The notes beneath the pieces were generated by a model. That model did not search any database. It was not told where the DNA came from and saw only the letters and a list, made by a program, of their open reading frames with translations. Shown in pieces: positions 1 to 13,265 of a DNA stretch of 64,000 bases. Location of the stretch: NCBI RefSeq assembly GCF_009914755.1, contig NC_060925.1; one strand, given 5' to 3'. Within the stretch, counting starts at the first letter, position 1, and each line of letters starts with the position of its first letter. Position numbers and translations under genes: made by a program. This DNA comes from the human T2T-CHM13v2.0 reference genome, Homo sapiens.

Positions 1-356
1 ACAATATATATGAGATTCCCTTATCTTTATAATTATTATTTTCATTCTTGACATATTCCTCAAGGCTTCATTTATAACAATGCTTCCCTGAAGAGTGTTT
101 ACATTTCTGTCAAGGAGCACAGAGTGTCTCACTTTTCCCTAGTAGAACTCAAGAATATTTATCTTATCAATGTTCCCGTGAGCACCATCCTTGCGCATAG
201 CATTTACCAGCGACATCGGTTCCAACACCTCATCTTTCACCTCCCCTCTCCGCCCTGCCACATACATCTCTGTGAATTCCAGATGCACCTTCCCTCTACC
301 CCCCATATGCTTCATCTGTTCCCAGTGTAATCCAGATGCCTTGTATTTTCTTCCAG

Positions 357-387
357 GGAAATGCGGGATCTTTATAAGCCATCCCTC
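357..387 (+). other. Candidate 31-nt small exon of an unidentified transcript
   Basis: Acceptor ttgtattttcttccAG|G and donor CTC|GTgagt. One open frame reads EMRDLYKPSL. Lies in non-repetitive DNA that retains CpGs locally. No gene recognised. Confidence 0.3.
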
Positions 388-1729
388 GTGAGTCATTTTT
401 CTGTCTTTACGTCCAAGTCTGTTGTATTTTTCCCCATTGTGCCACAGGTGCATATGGCTCTTCTTCTTCCCAGCACAGATGTATACTTCCTTCACCTTCT
501 GTTCTCTTATCATTGCTGTTTTACGTGCCCCTGGTACACCTTTTTACCTCATATGCTGCCCAGCTGTGTTATATTTTCTCATTGCTAGCATCCATCAATA
601 TTGCTTGCTTTAAGGGAGCAAGTTGCTTCTCTTGCTTTAGATGAACAAAAGACATTTCTATTTTTCTTAGTTTAAGCATGTCTGACTTTTTTTCTGAGGC
701 ATGTTATGTGGATTTACTCTTTGGTATCGTAAGGGTTTCTCACAATCTCTTCCATTCCAGTGGGAATATGTAGTGTTGTGTCTTTCTTTTGAAACAGAAT
801 CTGGGGTCATCATTTGCCTTTTCATTTATATTTATTATTGTGTTAAGAAAATACTGGTTCAGAGTTGACTAAGAGCAAGGTCTAGAGCTGAATCCTATGC
901 TTAACAGAATGAAGAAGACATAGTTAATGGGTTAATTGTTATATACAGAATAATCTCGTCTCTAAGCTTTCTGATAAATGGGAAAAAATTCTTATACAAT
1001 TCTTTTTGTGTCAATCAGAACACACAGAACAAGGCTCTATATGTCTACATTTTACGTAAAGTATATAGGTATTTCTCATCATAAACTAGCTATTCTGACT
1101 TTTTCTGGAAGTGCCCTTGTTTAATTGCACTGAGTTGTCCTCCTTCCCTGTTTTCCATGAAGACCTGCTCCTTCAACATACCTCAATTCAATTGTTCACC
1201 CATTAGTGTGACAAAACAATGCTGGAGTGATATAAAGAGTCCCTCATGTTGAGCACATTTGTTTGATCTACTCAGAGTCTTACAGTTTGTCTTTAAATAA
1301 CCAAAATGCTTACTTTTCATCCTCCATGATATGCCTTATGAGTAATTGTCTGCATAGGAATTATTACATATAAATTGCATTAATTGACTTTTCTGTCTCT
1401 CAGTCAGGTCTTCTACCAATGTACTTTAGTTCATAATAATTATACCTGTAACCCTGCAACTTTTCCCCTCTGCTGCAGAAAATATCTATGAACAATGATC
1501 ATTATCCCCCACAGTGCTGTTAGGGGAATTGTTCTTTTTAAATGTTAAATCTTTATGGATCCTTGCTCCCATGTCAGCTTTGAACCATTTATTTGGTTGT
1601 GAGCTGACTAAAACATCTATATTATCTTCATTTGTCCCACTGCTTAATTCTCCTTTGTTCTTCAGAATATGAAACCTTTAGTCTTTTTTCAATTCAAAGA
1701 CTAGACTAGTATATTGTTCATATTTTTAA

Positions 1730-2240
1730 TATTCATCCTTCAGATATTTATTGAGCACATACTGTGTACTAGGCAATCTTCCAGGCCTGATAAGACAAAA
1801 GTGAACAAAAGTTCCTGTCTTTATAAATCTTACATCTTAGGCAGAAATACAGGAATAAATTAATAAGTAAAATGCAGCTTACAGTATTAAGAATGGTAAG
1901 TGCTTGTGGGGAAAAAGACTCGGCAAGAAATAGTGATAAGAAATGTGTAGATGTGTATAATGGCATGTGTGTGTTGGATGGGGCCCAGGGAAGTCCTCCT
2001 TGAGAAGGTCACATTTGAGGAGTGAGAGAGTCAGCCCTGATGGTATCTGAATGAAGATGATCTCAGGTGAAGGGAGTAGGAATTCAAATGCTCTCACCTG
2101 GAACTATGAACTGATGTGCTTGAGGAACTTGGAGAAAGTCCATGGGGCTGGAGTGCATTGTGAGGAGGAGAGTTCTATGAGATGAGTTTGGAGAGGTGAT
2201 GGGTTTCAGATGAAGGAGAGCCATGTAGGGCATTTTAAGT
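1730..2240 (-). mobile_element. L2 (LINE-2) 3' fragment
   Basis: Starts with the reverse complement of the L2 terminus (attcatccttcagatatttattgagcacatactgtgtactaggc), followed by a typical purine-rich L2 body. Confidence 0.75.
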
Positions 2241-2361
2241 TTCACAAATCCCACAGAGTGAGGCCTTTCCCCAAATGCAATCTTTATTTCTCATAGGTCC
2301 CAGAGGTATTATTGCTTCTTTCCTTTTCCTAAAGGCCTCTGACTTTCCCTAATGGTCTACG

Positions 2362-2487
2362 CCTCCCTCCCTCCCTTTTCCTTCTCTCTCATCTTCCTTC
2401 CTTCCTTCCTTCTTTCCTTCCTTCCCTCCATCCCTCCCTTCCTCCCTTCCTCCCTTTTCCTTCCTTTTTCCTCTTTCTTTTTTTTCT
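2362..2487. repeat. (CCTT/CCCT)n polypyrimidine tract
   Basis: Directly visible degenerate cctt/ccct repeats. Confidence 0.9.
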
Positions 2488-3629
2488 CATGATATTCTTT
2501 TTTTCCCCAACAATTTTTCCCATGAAACATGGCACCTTGTCCTCAATTATAAATGTTTCCTCCCATCTGTGAAGATGATGGACCCCCTAGGATATCAATT
2601 TTTCTAAAAACATTGCATTTCTTATTTATTTTTGAGTCACAAGAGGACATGGGCATTCAAATGTTTGCTGCAGGAATGACAGGAAAGGATGTTATCTCTT
2701 TCTACACTTCAGGACCATTCTCTGTGATTTCCAGCCGTTTCCTTTCTTCCTTGGCTCTTTTATGGCTTTAGGTGCACAACATAGATCAAATGTTCCCCTT
2801 GTGCACTTAGGTTCCATTTATCCTTTTTTATTCTTATTTTTTTTTAAGTTGGCTTCTCCAGAGAAGCATACCTTTTTGCTCACTCTCCTCAGAAAGTCAC
2901 CTTTTATCTCTGAACCTGCTAGAGGCAGTGTATCTTTGCTTGCTCACTACCTTGACTTTATCTTTGTCTCCCTTTGGCACCCTTTCACCTCAGGGGCATG
3001 ACAAATTGTATGCAACTGACTTTATATACATCCTCAATTGCGTGCTTCTCTCTGTTAGCTCTCTAACAGAGTACAAGGTGAGTGTAGAATCCTCCATCTA
3101 CAGAACTGGAAAGGATTCCATTTAGTCCAGTGTTACTTGATAACTGAAGAAAAAATAGTGTTTTCCTCTTTGCCCCATATTTAAAAAGGAAGAGGGTGTG
3201 GACTTATAATTGTGCTGTTGTTTCTCTCACGTGCATTTACTTTAGGTGGTGTTTATTCCTCTAAGGAAGAGGAATGTGATGTTATTGTAAATTCACCCTA
3301 GGTGCGCCATCACAATGCCTTTCCCATCTTCTACTATCCAAAAGATATTTGAAATCCCACTTTTTCTATGAAAACTTTCTGAATAACTCGGGATTTTTAC
3401 TCTTTGGCCCTCTCTGAACTGCTTTATTCCTCATGGTTGATGTTACTTACTTGATATTAACCCATATTGTCTAATACATACACTGTTTATATTTATATGA
3501 TTCTTGTTTATTCTAGATTGATAACTCCTAGGGATATATTTTTTCTCTCTTTCTTTTTGTGCTCACCAAAACACTTTAAAGCAATGCTTTTCTCAAAGTA
3601 AGGACTCAATAGTATATTAAAAATTAATT

Positions 3630-3933
<304 letters not shown>

Positions 3934-4249
3934 TGAATTATACTATTTAGCCTATTGGAAACTTTGATGTTCCATGTTTGGGTACAGTTCAGATGGGCTC
4001 CTTTCTCTTTCTTTTTTGGGGAAGAATATTTATCACCGTTGACCCAGAGAAATTAACTTTGGTCCCTTGTTTTATTTTCTGTGTACTTACTTTTCTTGAA
4101 ACATTTCCTAGGCAGTTGTTTCTCTTCATAACTAAATTACACCAACTTATTTCTTCAACATTTTTCCTTTCTCTGAGTTAACTTTCCTCTTCCATACCAT
4201 CACACACAGACAAAGACAGCATTTGCAGCTCACGTGCCTTGATTTTCTG

Positions 4250-5600
4250 CAAATATCAATTTAATAATTGTTCTACCTTAACAGACTTTTTTATTCTATA
4301 GTATTTTTCATATTGAATACAAAAGTGATAGATATTTCTTGTGAACAATTTAAAAAACATCACCCAGTAAAATAGCCTGACATGCAATACAATTTCCTAG
4401 AGTTAATTATGGGGGGGCGGGGTGTGTGTGTGTGTGTGAATGTATACTCTGTTTCTCTTCACAAATGTATAGTATACATACTGTTTTCTAACTCATTCTT
4501 TTTATGGCATTAAATTGTACTCTACTATAACATTTTTATTATATTGTTCGTGATATTACTGAAATAATGTGTTTTTTTACTGGATTAAATATTTAGAAAA
4601 TATGTAAATGAGACAAAATAAAAATTGCTTATAACTAACTACCCAGGATAATCACTGTTTATAATTTCATCTATGCAACATATTGTGAACTGCATTACAG
4701 GTCATTATATATTTTCCATTATGTCATTTTAAACATCTGTACAACATTCTTTTCTATGTATATTGAGTGATATTTAAAATCAACTTTGATTATTAAATCT
4801 TAGTTTCTAATGTTTTCCTCTTACAATTCTGCAATTTGCCTCACTGAAGAAAATTTTTGTTTCACATTCCTTGTTTCTTACTTTAGATAAATTCCCATCT
4901 TGAGTTGGATATCTGGGCTAGGCTAAGTGCTGCCAAATTGTCTTCCAGAAAGCAATGCTTCCATTTACATGTCACTCAGGTATATGAGAATGACCATTTG
5001 AGATCTTGATATTCCAGAGTCTTTCATGTTTTTACTTTTGGTTTTTCCAAATTGATAGGCATAATAGACTATCATATTATTTTTTTAACTTTATATTTCC
5101 TGAAAATAATAATGGCATTAAACTTTCCTAAAGGATTCTCTGCTGTGTTTCTTCTTCTGTAAATTGTTCTCATTTGACTAAGGTATTAAAAACTTTATTT
5201 TGGAGAGATAATTCTATATTGAAATTAGTAATGTTTATCATGTAGATTGTTAATAGCTTTCCTAGTTTGCTGTAAATTTGCCTTTTATATTTCTTTGTGA
5301 TGATTTTTGATATGCAAACATTTTATTTAGCCACTTACGGATTTATTGTTACATATAAGCCCAGAAAGGGTGTTCTGTATCTGAGACTAGATAAACATTC
5401 ACTATATTTTCTTTTAATTAAATTTTTAATATTTAAATATTTACCAAATTTAGAAGTGAATTGAGTATTTGATATGAGGTAGGGAGATTTTGATCTTCTC
5501 AGAATGGTCCCAACTGAATTTTTTTCTTAAATAATCTATTATTCATCACAAATTTGAAGTTTCTTTTGCAGAATACTTACAGGCGCAAAATACTTTTAGG
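4250..5600 (-). mobile_element. Highly diverged old L1 (L1ME-like) 3' region fragments
   Basis: T-rich sequence with motifs such as tgccaaattgtcttccagaaag, tatgagaatgacc and ttcttcttctgtaaattg. Boundaries approximate. Confidence 0.45.
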
Positions 5601-7904
5601 TTTACATAGCTTTATTTGTTTTCCCCTTTACATTTTATTTATTTAACTTAATTCAACTTTCTTCATTTGATTCCTGGCTGGATTTATTTTTTCCTATCCA
5701 GAATATAGCTGCATTCCCTTTTGGCATTTATACAAGGAAATCTTCCTTCTCCTGCCCTCCTGCCCACCCTTTGTTATCTTACCCTTAAGCTATATTGTTT
5801 GTCTCCAGGATGTGAAGATATTTTGATTTTCTACCAAGGTAATCTAATGAGAATGTTGCATTTTGTGTGACTATTATTTCAACATCTCCTTAAGCTCTTT
5901 CCTTTCCCTGCATCAGTCAGAGATTATTTTTCTGAAATTCATTTTCGGTTGCATCACTGTCCCACTTCCCTTGTAACCCTGAAACATCGTGTTGGCTTCT
6001 TGTGAATCTCAGATTTTTGTTTGGTTTTGGTGTTGGTTTTACCTTGGGTATCTTTTTTCTGCCTACACTGTGTGTCACTTTTACTGTCTTTGAGCCCAAT
6101 ACATTGTTTACCATCTCGGGGACTTACGCAAGTTCAAGCTCCTGCCTTGTCCATATTACATGCGTTATAATCTCTTTCCTGACTTTATATGTAATGTAAT
6201 TTCTTTGACATGTGCTTCATAGTAACACAGTTCTCATTTGAGGCAGTTCGAGAGCCATATTTTTGTCTGCAGATTATTTATTCCCTTTGTGTCTCACCTG
6301 TTTTTTAAGTCTTTTATTTAAATGTACCCCAAGGTTATCACTGATCCCGTTTATGTATCTCAGATGCTTTACTTTATCTCAGTTTCTACCTCATGTGTAT
6401 CAACAGTCTTGTTCCTTCATCCTATGTAGCTCACCAGGTTCCAGTTACTTTTATTCTTTCTTCAACTACGTCTGCTTTTATTTTTTATACTCTTGAGACA
6501 GATAGATTTTATGTTCTTTCCACAGTTGTTCTTATGTTTCATCTCCCCCTTCAATAAATGATTTGTTTTTGCTCTTAGTTTCTTGTTTATTTTCTTTTCA
6601 TTTACTTGTTTTTCTGTATTATGAGCTCTCATATTTCACATCTCAATTTCTTCGTATTCACTGCCTCTTGTCGCCTTTCTATCTGAGGAGCATTATGTTG
6701 TTCTGTAATCCTTCACATGTTGTTACAGCAAAGTTAAATAATGTTTGCTGTAACAAATGATTTACTTTCCCTTTTAGAACCATAGTAAATACTCTTTTTA
6801 TATTCAGTTTTTAAAGTGATAGTCTGTCTGCTCTTCCATTTGTATTCCATATCCTTTTATTTTGCTTCAATTTTAATTTCATGGGTCTTTCATCTTTCAT
6901 CTTTTGCCTTCCTTATTATTTATGGATTCTGTATTTTCTTTTTTTAAATGCTTGAAACACACTTGTTGTCCATTAGATTCTGAATATATTGTTTTCTTAC
7001 TTACATACTGAATTACCTTGGCAATTTAAAAAAATCATTTAGTCAATGAATATTAAAAAGTTATTTATTGATCTATATACCAAGAACTCAAAGGATACAG
7101 AGGAAGTGTTGAGGGAAGACCAATAGGGGCTAGATCATCCAGGGAAGACTAGAAGGACTAAAGATTTTAGCAGATCATAAAGAATTCATAGGCTTTGGAT
7201 CACTTTAAAAGGTGAGAAAATGCCAAGCACAACAATCTTTCTCTTATGGTTCAGACAGAACAATTCAGCTTTAGAGACAGACCAAACTGTAGTGATTCAA
7301 AGGCAGTCAGACGTTAACAATCACCAGCATATCAAGTCCCATTTGTTTTCAGTGAGGAGATACAGAAAAAAAGATAGACAAAAAATGAACTGGAAAATGA
7401 CCCTTAGAACTCTACATGAGGAGAGTTCCTATAAAGAATTGTAGTGATATGTCCCAAATGCTTAGAGAGCTACAACTTCCCTTCTGTTATCACCATTTTT
7501 CTTAATTTATAAATTGTTTTTGCCATATTTCCTCTTTTTAATCTATTATTTTCAATCCATCACTGATCAATCTGTAAGTCAATGAATAGAATTCAGTAAA
7601 CTGTATGTGGTATAGTAGATATAAACATGACTACTTTCAAGGAGTTTTTAACCTTATGTAGATTCAAATAATTGGACCTCTAATTCTCAGTAGGTTGAGT
7701 ATAAAATAAAGTGATAAAATAGACGGTCAAGCTCTAAAGCTGCATGAATCCAGTAAATACAAAAATAAGTGATGATTCAATTAGTCAAGAAGTAATTATA
7801 TAGGTACCAAAACAGAGCTGGACCCTGAAGGGTACAGATCAATAAAATAGAGGAGGTCTTAGCTCTTGAAGTTGGTGATTAGTATTATGTTCATTTTTAA
7901 ATGA

Positions 7905-8370
7905 GCATCAAATATTGAGCATGTACTACATGCCAGGCTAAAGACTTTTAGACTCTGAGATATGATGTTGAACAAGACAGACAATATTTGCTCAAATGAG
8001 GTTTACATGCCTTGAGGAGAGCCACTCAATAAAGAAATAAACTGGTAGACAAAGGAGCTGATATTACATAGTGGAAGGTTTATGAAGAAACTAAATAGTG
8101 TGATATGGCAGAGAGAGACTGGGAAAGGAGGCTAATTAGCTTGGGTAGTGACGAGCTGCCTCTTAATGTGAAGTCAGTCACATAAAGATGTGGGTGCAGT
8201 ATGCGCCAAACAAGGGGAGAAGCATATTGGTAGAGCTTAGGGCAGAAATGGACTTGGATTTATTCTGAGAACGGAAGGAAGGTTCATGGTTGAAGTGGAG
8301 AGTGGTAGGAAGTGAGATCTGAGAGGTAGATTTGGGTAAACCATGCAGAGCCTTGCTGGCCATGATGAGG
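7905..8370 (-). mobile_element. L2 3' fragment
   Basis: aatattgagcatgtactacatgccaggc at the start and gagccttgctggccatg at the end are L2 reverse-strand motifs. Confidence 0.7.
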
Positions 8371-8519
8371 TGCTTACTGGTGATTGGGTATATTTCTTTA
8401 TGAAGTGTTTTTCAAACTTTTTGCCTGTTTTTGTTGTTGTTGTTGTTGTTGTTGTTTTGTTCTTTTTTTTTTAAGTGTGGCTTTTAAATAATTTTCCTGT
8501 TTGAGGTTCAGGTAACTTC

Positions 8520-9745
8520 TTAAATCTTAAGCTGGATGTCTTTTATCAGTGTTATACAATTTTATCAGGCACAGTTTCTTTGAATATTGCTTCTTTCTAA
8601 TTAATTTTCCTCTCTCCTGGATCTATGAGTACATCTATGTGAGACCTATTTACCCTGTCCCCATATGTCTCTTAAACCCTTTTCTATATTTTCTACCCTC
8701 TTATGTTTTGTACTGTAATTTCTTTTTATCAAGTTTTAAATTCATTTTATTAGTCCTGTATCATTTCTGCTATTATATTTATTGCATTTTTTTATTTATG
8801 TGATTTTTCTCATTTGATTATTTTCTTATGGATTTTAGTTTTCCATTGAACTTCTCCAATTTTTTCCCAATTTTCCTGAACCATATTAAATAGCTACTTT
8901 AATATATATTTGCTTAAATATATGGAGTTTTTTTAAAGTCCATGTATGATAACTGTAATATTTAGGTCCCCTGTGGATCTATGTATGTTTTCTGCTATTT
9001 TTCTAATTTTTAGTCATTTAGCCTACTTCTTGGTATGCTTGGTTGTTTTTTATTGAATAGTGGACATGGTGTGTTGACAATTTAAAAATCTCCAGGTAAC
9101 ACTTTCCTCCTCTGAAGAGCATTTAATTTTTTTATTAAAGAGAAGAGAAGGCAGTCAGACCATGTTTAGTCAAGTCAAGTCCCTTTTGAGTTTGCCTTAT
9201 TCTTAGAGTTTAGCCCTTTAAGGTTTTTCACTGAATATCTGGGCTGCCTACCGTAGCCCCTTTCATGAGTGCACCTTGGACTCCATTTCCAACATCGGGA
9301 AATTGCTAATATTTGTTGATTTTTAGTCTCTTACAGTTGTTTGCCGCTTTTTTTTTTTGGAGACTGTCCTTGTGTATGTGAAATTTGGAAACCAACAAAT
9401 GCTTCTAAGGGCAATTTCATATAGATTGCTTGTTTCACTTATCTGTGGTTCTCTCTGTTTTCCAGCATCTTGAATTCTCAAAATCTGTCTATTTTACAGC
9501 TCTTAATTAATTTTTTCCCTGAAGTCAGTGAGATTATTCCAACTATTAGGCAACTTTTTTTTTTTCTGGTATGTCCCTGTGACTAGCACTTCAAAGTTAT
9601 AAATGTTTCTGAAGCTCTTATTCACCTCTATAAATTTCCCTTTTATCTGGAATTTTGACTGTCTTTTGCCACTCTTTGATGTTTTCAAACAGCTGTTTTG
9701 TGTTTTGTTTTGTTCCAGTGGGTGTATTAGTCTCGTAGTAGCTAC
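8520..9745 (-). mobile_element. Old L1M (L1MC/MD/ME-type) ORF1/5' region fragment
   Basis: Motifs gatgtcttttatcag, ttctttgaatattgcttc and ccccatatgtctcttaa in T-rich DNA typical of antisense old L1. Confidence 0.55.
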
Positions 9746-10229
9746 TTCACCATACCTACAAGCAAAGACCCTCCCCCTTTAACTTTTAAAATAATAGTGT
9801 TATCTACATTACTTAGTATTCTACCATATTTGACATTGGACTCCTAATGTACTTTGAGTACAGACATATGTCTATATGACCAAAAGAGCTCATCACACGG
9901 AACACTTACTTGCAGAACAGGAGAGGAATCTGCCCTAAACACCAACTCCTGCTTTTCCCCTTATACTGATAGGAAACTCATTCTGGTCAGTATTATGAAG
10001 GCCATTTGTTTACATATTAGTCACAAAATACGTAACTATTTAGGTTCATTATCAAAGCAGATAGTTGCACATTAAAGCTGTTGTTTAATGATAGGGGATG
10101 AACATATACATCCCTCTTCAAATTTTTACTTTATAGGATAGGATGATATAAAATAGATTATCTAATTAATATGGGACACCTGAAAATCCCAGGAAGCAAC
10201 AGCATGGACAATGGCCTGGAGGAAGATAG

Positions 10230-11016
10230 AGCTTTGCACATTTATAGATTCCAGAGAAGTCCAGTATGTCTGAGGAGCAGAATGTTGAAAGAAGCAGCAG
10301 AAGCAATGAACAGAGTTCGGGGCTTTGTAAGCCAATTTGAAGAGATTGGACTTTGACATCAAGCCAATGGGAAACCATTTAAACTTACTTAAACAAGATT
10401 TAAATTTTAAAATGATTCCTGTGTTTCTATGTAATAAATGGAATAGAACAGGAAAGAAAAAAAGGAGACAATTTAGGAGGCTATTAACAGTAGTTTGGTT
10501 TATGGTGACATCAGCATAGATAGTAAAAAATGATTGTATTCAGAATCTGCTTTGGAGGCATAAATGGCTTGGTAATTGACAGCATGGGTGAATGGGAGGG
10601 ATGACACTCATATTGTGGCCTGGGGAATAGGAGGCTGCTGGGGAGCTCCATCACTGAAACAGAAGATACTAAGGCAGAAGCATTTTTTCAAGAGACAATG
10701 ATAAATTCAGTTTTCAGCAGGTTGGGTTTTAGGCACCTCTGAGATATTCAAGTCAGGATGTCTAGCAATCAATTAGGTAGACATTTTTGTGGTTGGGAGA
10801 AAGACCTGGATTGCGGATACAGATTTAGAGTCATTATCATAGAGATGTTAACTGAAGCCATAGAGGGAGAGAGGAGTGTTTCCGGCAGTGTAGGGGAGTT
10901 AAGGTGGAGAAATAAAGAGAGACAAAACTCTGAGAAATGCCCACATTGCAGACGTGATTATTTTTTAAGGGTAAAAAGCAAACAAGAGTAAGAAAGAGTG
11001 AGAGTGAGAAGTTGTC
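10230..11016 (-). mobile_element. L2 fragment (host of the L1 insertion at 11017)
   Basis: L2 motifs aggaggctattaacagtagt, gataaattcagtttt and gagtcattatcatagagatg. Confidence 0.65.
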
Positions 11017-11027
11017 AAGACTGCAGC

Positions 11028-11186
11028 ATGCTGCCGCCTTGCAGTTTGATCTCAGACTGCTGTGCTAGCAATGAGCGAGGCTCTGTGGGCGTAGGACCCT
11101 CTGAGCCAGGTGCAGGATATAATCTCCTGGTGTGCCGTTTGCTAAGACCATTGGAAAAGCGCGGTATTAGGGTGGGAGTGATCTGA
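11028..11186 (+). pseudogene. Truncated L1 ORF0-like frame (52 aa) started by a target-site ATG
   Basis: MLPPCSLISDCCASNERGSVGVGPSEPGAGYNLLVCRLLRPLEKRGIRVGVI* matches primate L1 ORF0 from about codon 10. Premature TGA at a CGA codon. Confidence 0.6.
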
Positions 11187-11590
11187 TTTTCCAGGTGCCC
11201 TCTGTCACCCCTTTCTTTGACTAGGAAAGGGAATTCCCTGACCCCTTGCGCTTCCCGGGTGAGGCGATGCCTCGCCCTGCTTCGGCTCACGCTCTGTGCA
11301 CTGCACCCACTGTCCTGCACCCACTTTCTGACACTTCCCAGTGAGATGAACCCAGTACCTCAGTTGGAAATGCAGAAATCACCTGTCTTCTGCGTCGCTC
11401 ACACTGGGAGCTGTAGACTGGAGCTGTTGTGGGGTGGGGGGAGTGGGGAGGGATAACATTAGGAGATATACCTAATGTTAAATGATGAGTTAATGAGTGC
11501 AGCACACCAACATGGCACATGTATACATATGTAACTAACCTGCACGTTATGCACATGTACCCTAAAACTTAAAGTATAAAAAAAAAAAAA
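11031..11590 (+). mobile_element. L1PA3/4-type insertion: inverted 5'UTR (11031-11428, - strand) joined to the last ~160 nt of the 3'UTR plus poly(A) (11424-11590, + strand)
   Basis: TSD aagactgca(g/c)catg at 11017-11030 and 11589-11602. CTGTT microhomology at the junction. 3' end reads aactaacctgcacgttatgcacatgtaccctaaaacttaaagtat followed by poly(A). Confidence 0.93.
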
Positions 11591-11678
11591 GACTGCACCA
11601 TGATGGATTCTGAGAGCAGAGAGTCTCACTAATGTCTCAAGTTTCCAAAGCTGGAATGTGTCAAGAAGTGTCAAAAAC

Positions 11679-12130
11679 TGTGAAGGATGGAAGATTTTAC
11701 CTACTTGCAAGTTAACAGATTATTCAGTCACAATTTCAAGGGTACTAACCAAAGACATGAGACTCTGGAGCCAGAGCCAAAGGACTGTATTATCTGTGGC
11801 TGAGCAGGCTCAAGCAGCACGGGGGCAGTAAGGAGTGGGCCTCAGTGAGTGTGGCATACACAGAGAGCTTGCATCACAGCTCATGGATTTAGGAAATCCT
11901 AGTCTTTTGTATTTTTCTGCAAGCAAAGATGCCCATATTTGCCTGGGAGGGGGACATCTTTATTTTATGCGACAGCAAATAATGGATCCCCTCTCAAAGG
12001 AGTCCCTATATTCCAAGAAGATACCATGTACAAAAATCCTTGAAAATACATTCCAGAACAAAAGACTATCAGTGCCTCTGCTTTCATGATGTGCAAAAAT
12101 GTGTGGAATCCCTGGAGAATTATCTCTCAA
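11679..12130. mobile_element. Solo LTR, ERVL class (MER54/MER74-like)
   Basis: Begins tgtgaaggatggaagattttacctacttgcaagttaac, contains gacatgagactctgg and ends ggagaattatctctcaa. Confidence 0.6.
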
Positions 12131-12169
12131 GGGAAGGATAAAAATAATTACAACACAAACTATTATCTA

Positions 12170-12375
12170 TTCAACATATATTTTGTGCCGTACACTATAC
12201 TAATTATCTTTTCTCTAATTAACATGTCAAAACAACTCTATTAGGTAAGTTCTTTTATTATTTTCATTTTATGGATAAAATAAAATAAAATACTAAAAGG
12301 TTAACAAATTTGCCCATAGTCACACAGGTAGCAAATGGTGAAGCCATGATCTGAACTTGGATACTTTGACTTCTA
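12170..12375 (-). mobile_element. MIR
   Basis: Core ttaacaaatttgcccatagtcacacaggtagcaaatggtgaagcc. Confidence 0.75.
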
Positions 12376-12439
12376 ATCTCTATCATGTCCTGACTCATAG
12401 TGTAAGCAAACAGCATATAAGGCATATTCATTGGCTATT

Positions 12440-13180
12440 GGCTGCAGCAAAATAATGGTCACTGATGACCACACTGAAAGTCATTTCAGTGCAGTAATAG
12501 GAGCAGAATCCAGATTGGAGTAAATTGCAGAATCATTGGGAGCAGCATGAACTGAGATAGGGAACATAAAAAACTCATTCAAAACCTTTGATTGTGTATA
12601 TAGGTTAGCAACAAAAAAATCAAGAAAGGATTTTTTTTAAAGTATATGGAGATATTTTTGTCTGCTTATGCGTGGATGTCAATTAAGAAAGGAAAAAGGT
12701 AACATGGGGTGCAGGAGAGGGTTATTGACAATATTGCAAGAGGCAAAGCCAAAGAAAATAGAGTGGCGTGCACACATGGGGAGATGGGCGAGCTACCTCC
12801 TCCATGATTACGGGCAGGTTTTGTAGCTGTGCAGGGGTTGGGTAGCTCCTATTTGATAGCTTCTCTTTGATCTGTGAGGTGGAAGGTGAGATTTCCGGCT
12901 GAGATTACAATGCAGGTGACTGGAGGAAGTGGTCTAAATTTTGAGAACAGAGTAGCTTTCTGTGAAGGGCAGATAGGCAAGGAGTTTAATGTGAGTTTCT
13001 TTAGCAGTGCTCCAGTGCTGATTTGCCAGGAGTAGAAGGAGTAGGGGAGATCAGGATATGGAAACAAAGTGTAGTTGATGTGAATGGGCCATGAAATCAA
13101 AGCTGAACAGGAAACGAAGTGAAGAAAGAAGTGAAGGTGGTAGGAAGCTAGTAGATAAGAAAAAAGCTGAGGGTAGTCCA
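12440..13180 (-). mobile_element. L2 fragment
   Basis: L2 motifs ggtcactgatgacc, cagaatccagattggag and tttgatagcttctctt. Confidence 0.55.
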
Positions 13181-13265
13181 TGAACTTTATTTTTCATTTT
13201 TTTTTAATTATTGATTTAATATTATTTAAAATGGTGGGTGATGTGGGAAGGTATCCCAACATGAT

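Noticed and set aside
139-513. 124-aa minus-strand ORF
   Set aside because: No recognisable domain. It is the antisense reading of pyrimidine-rich DNA, and the splice signals favour the + strand. I checked for olfactory-receptor and transposase motifs and saw none.
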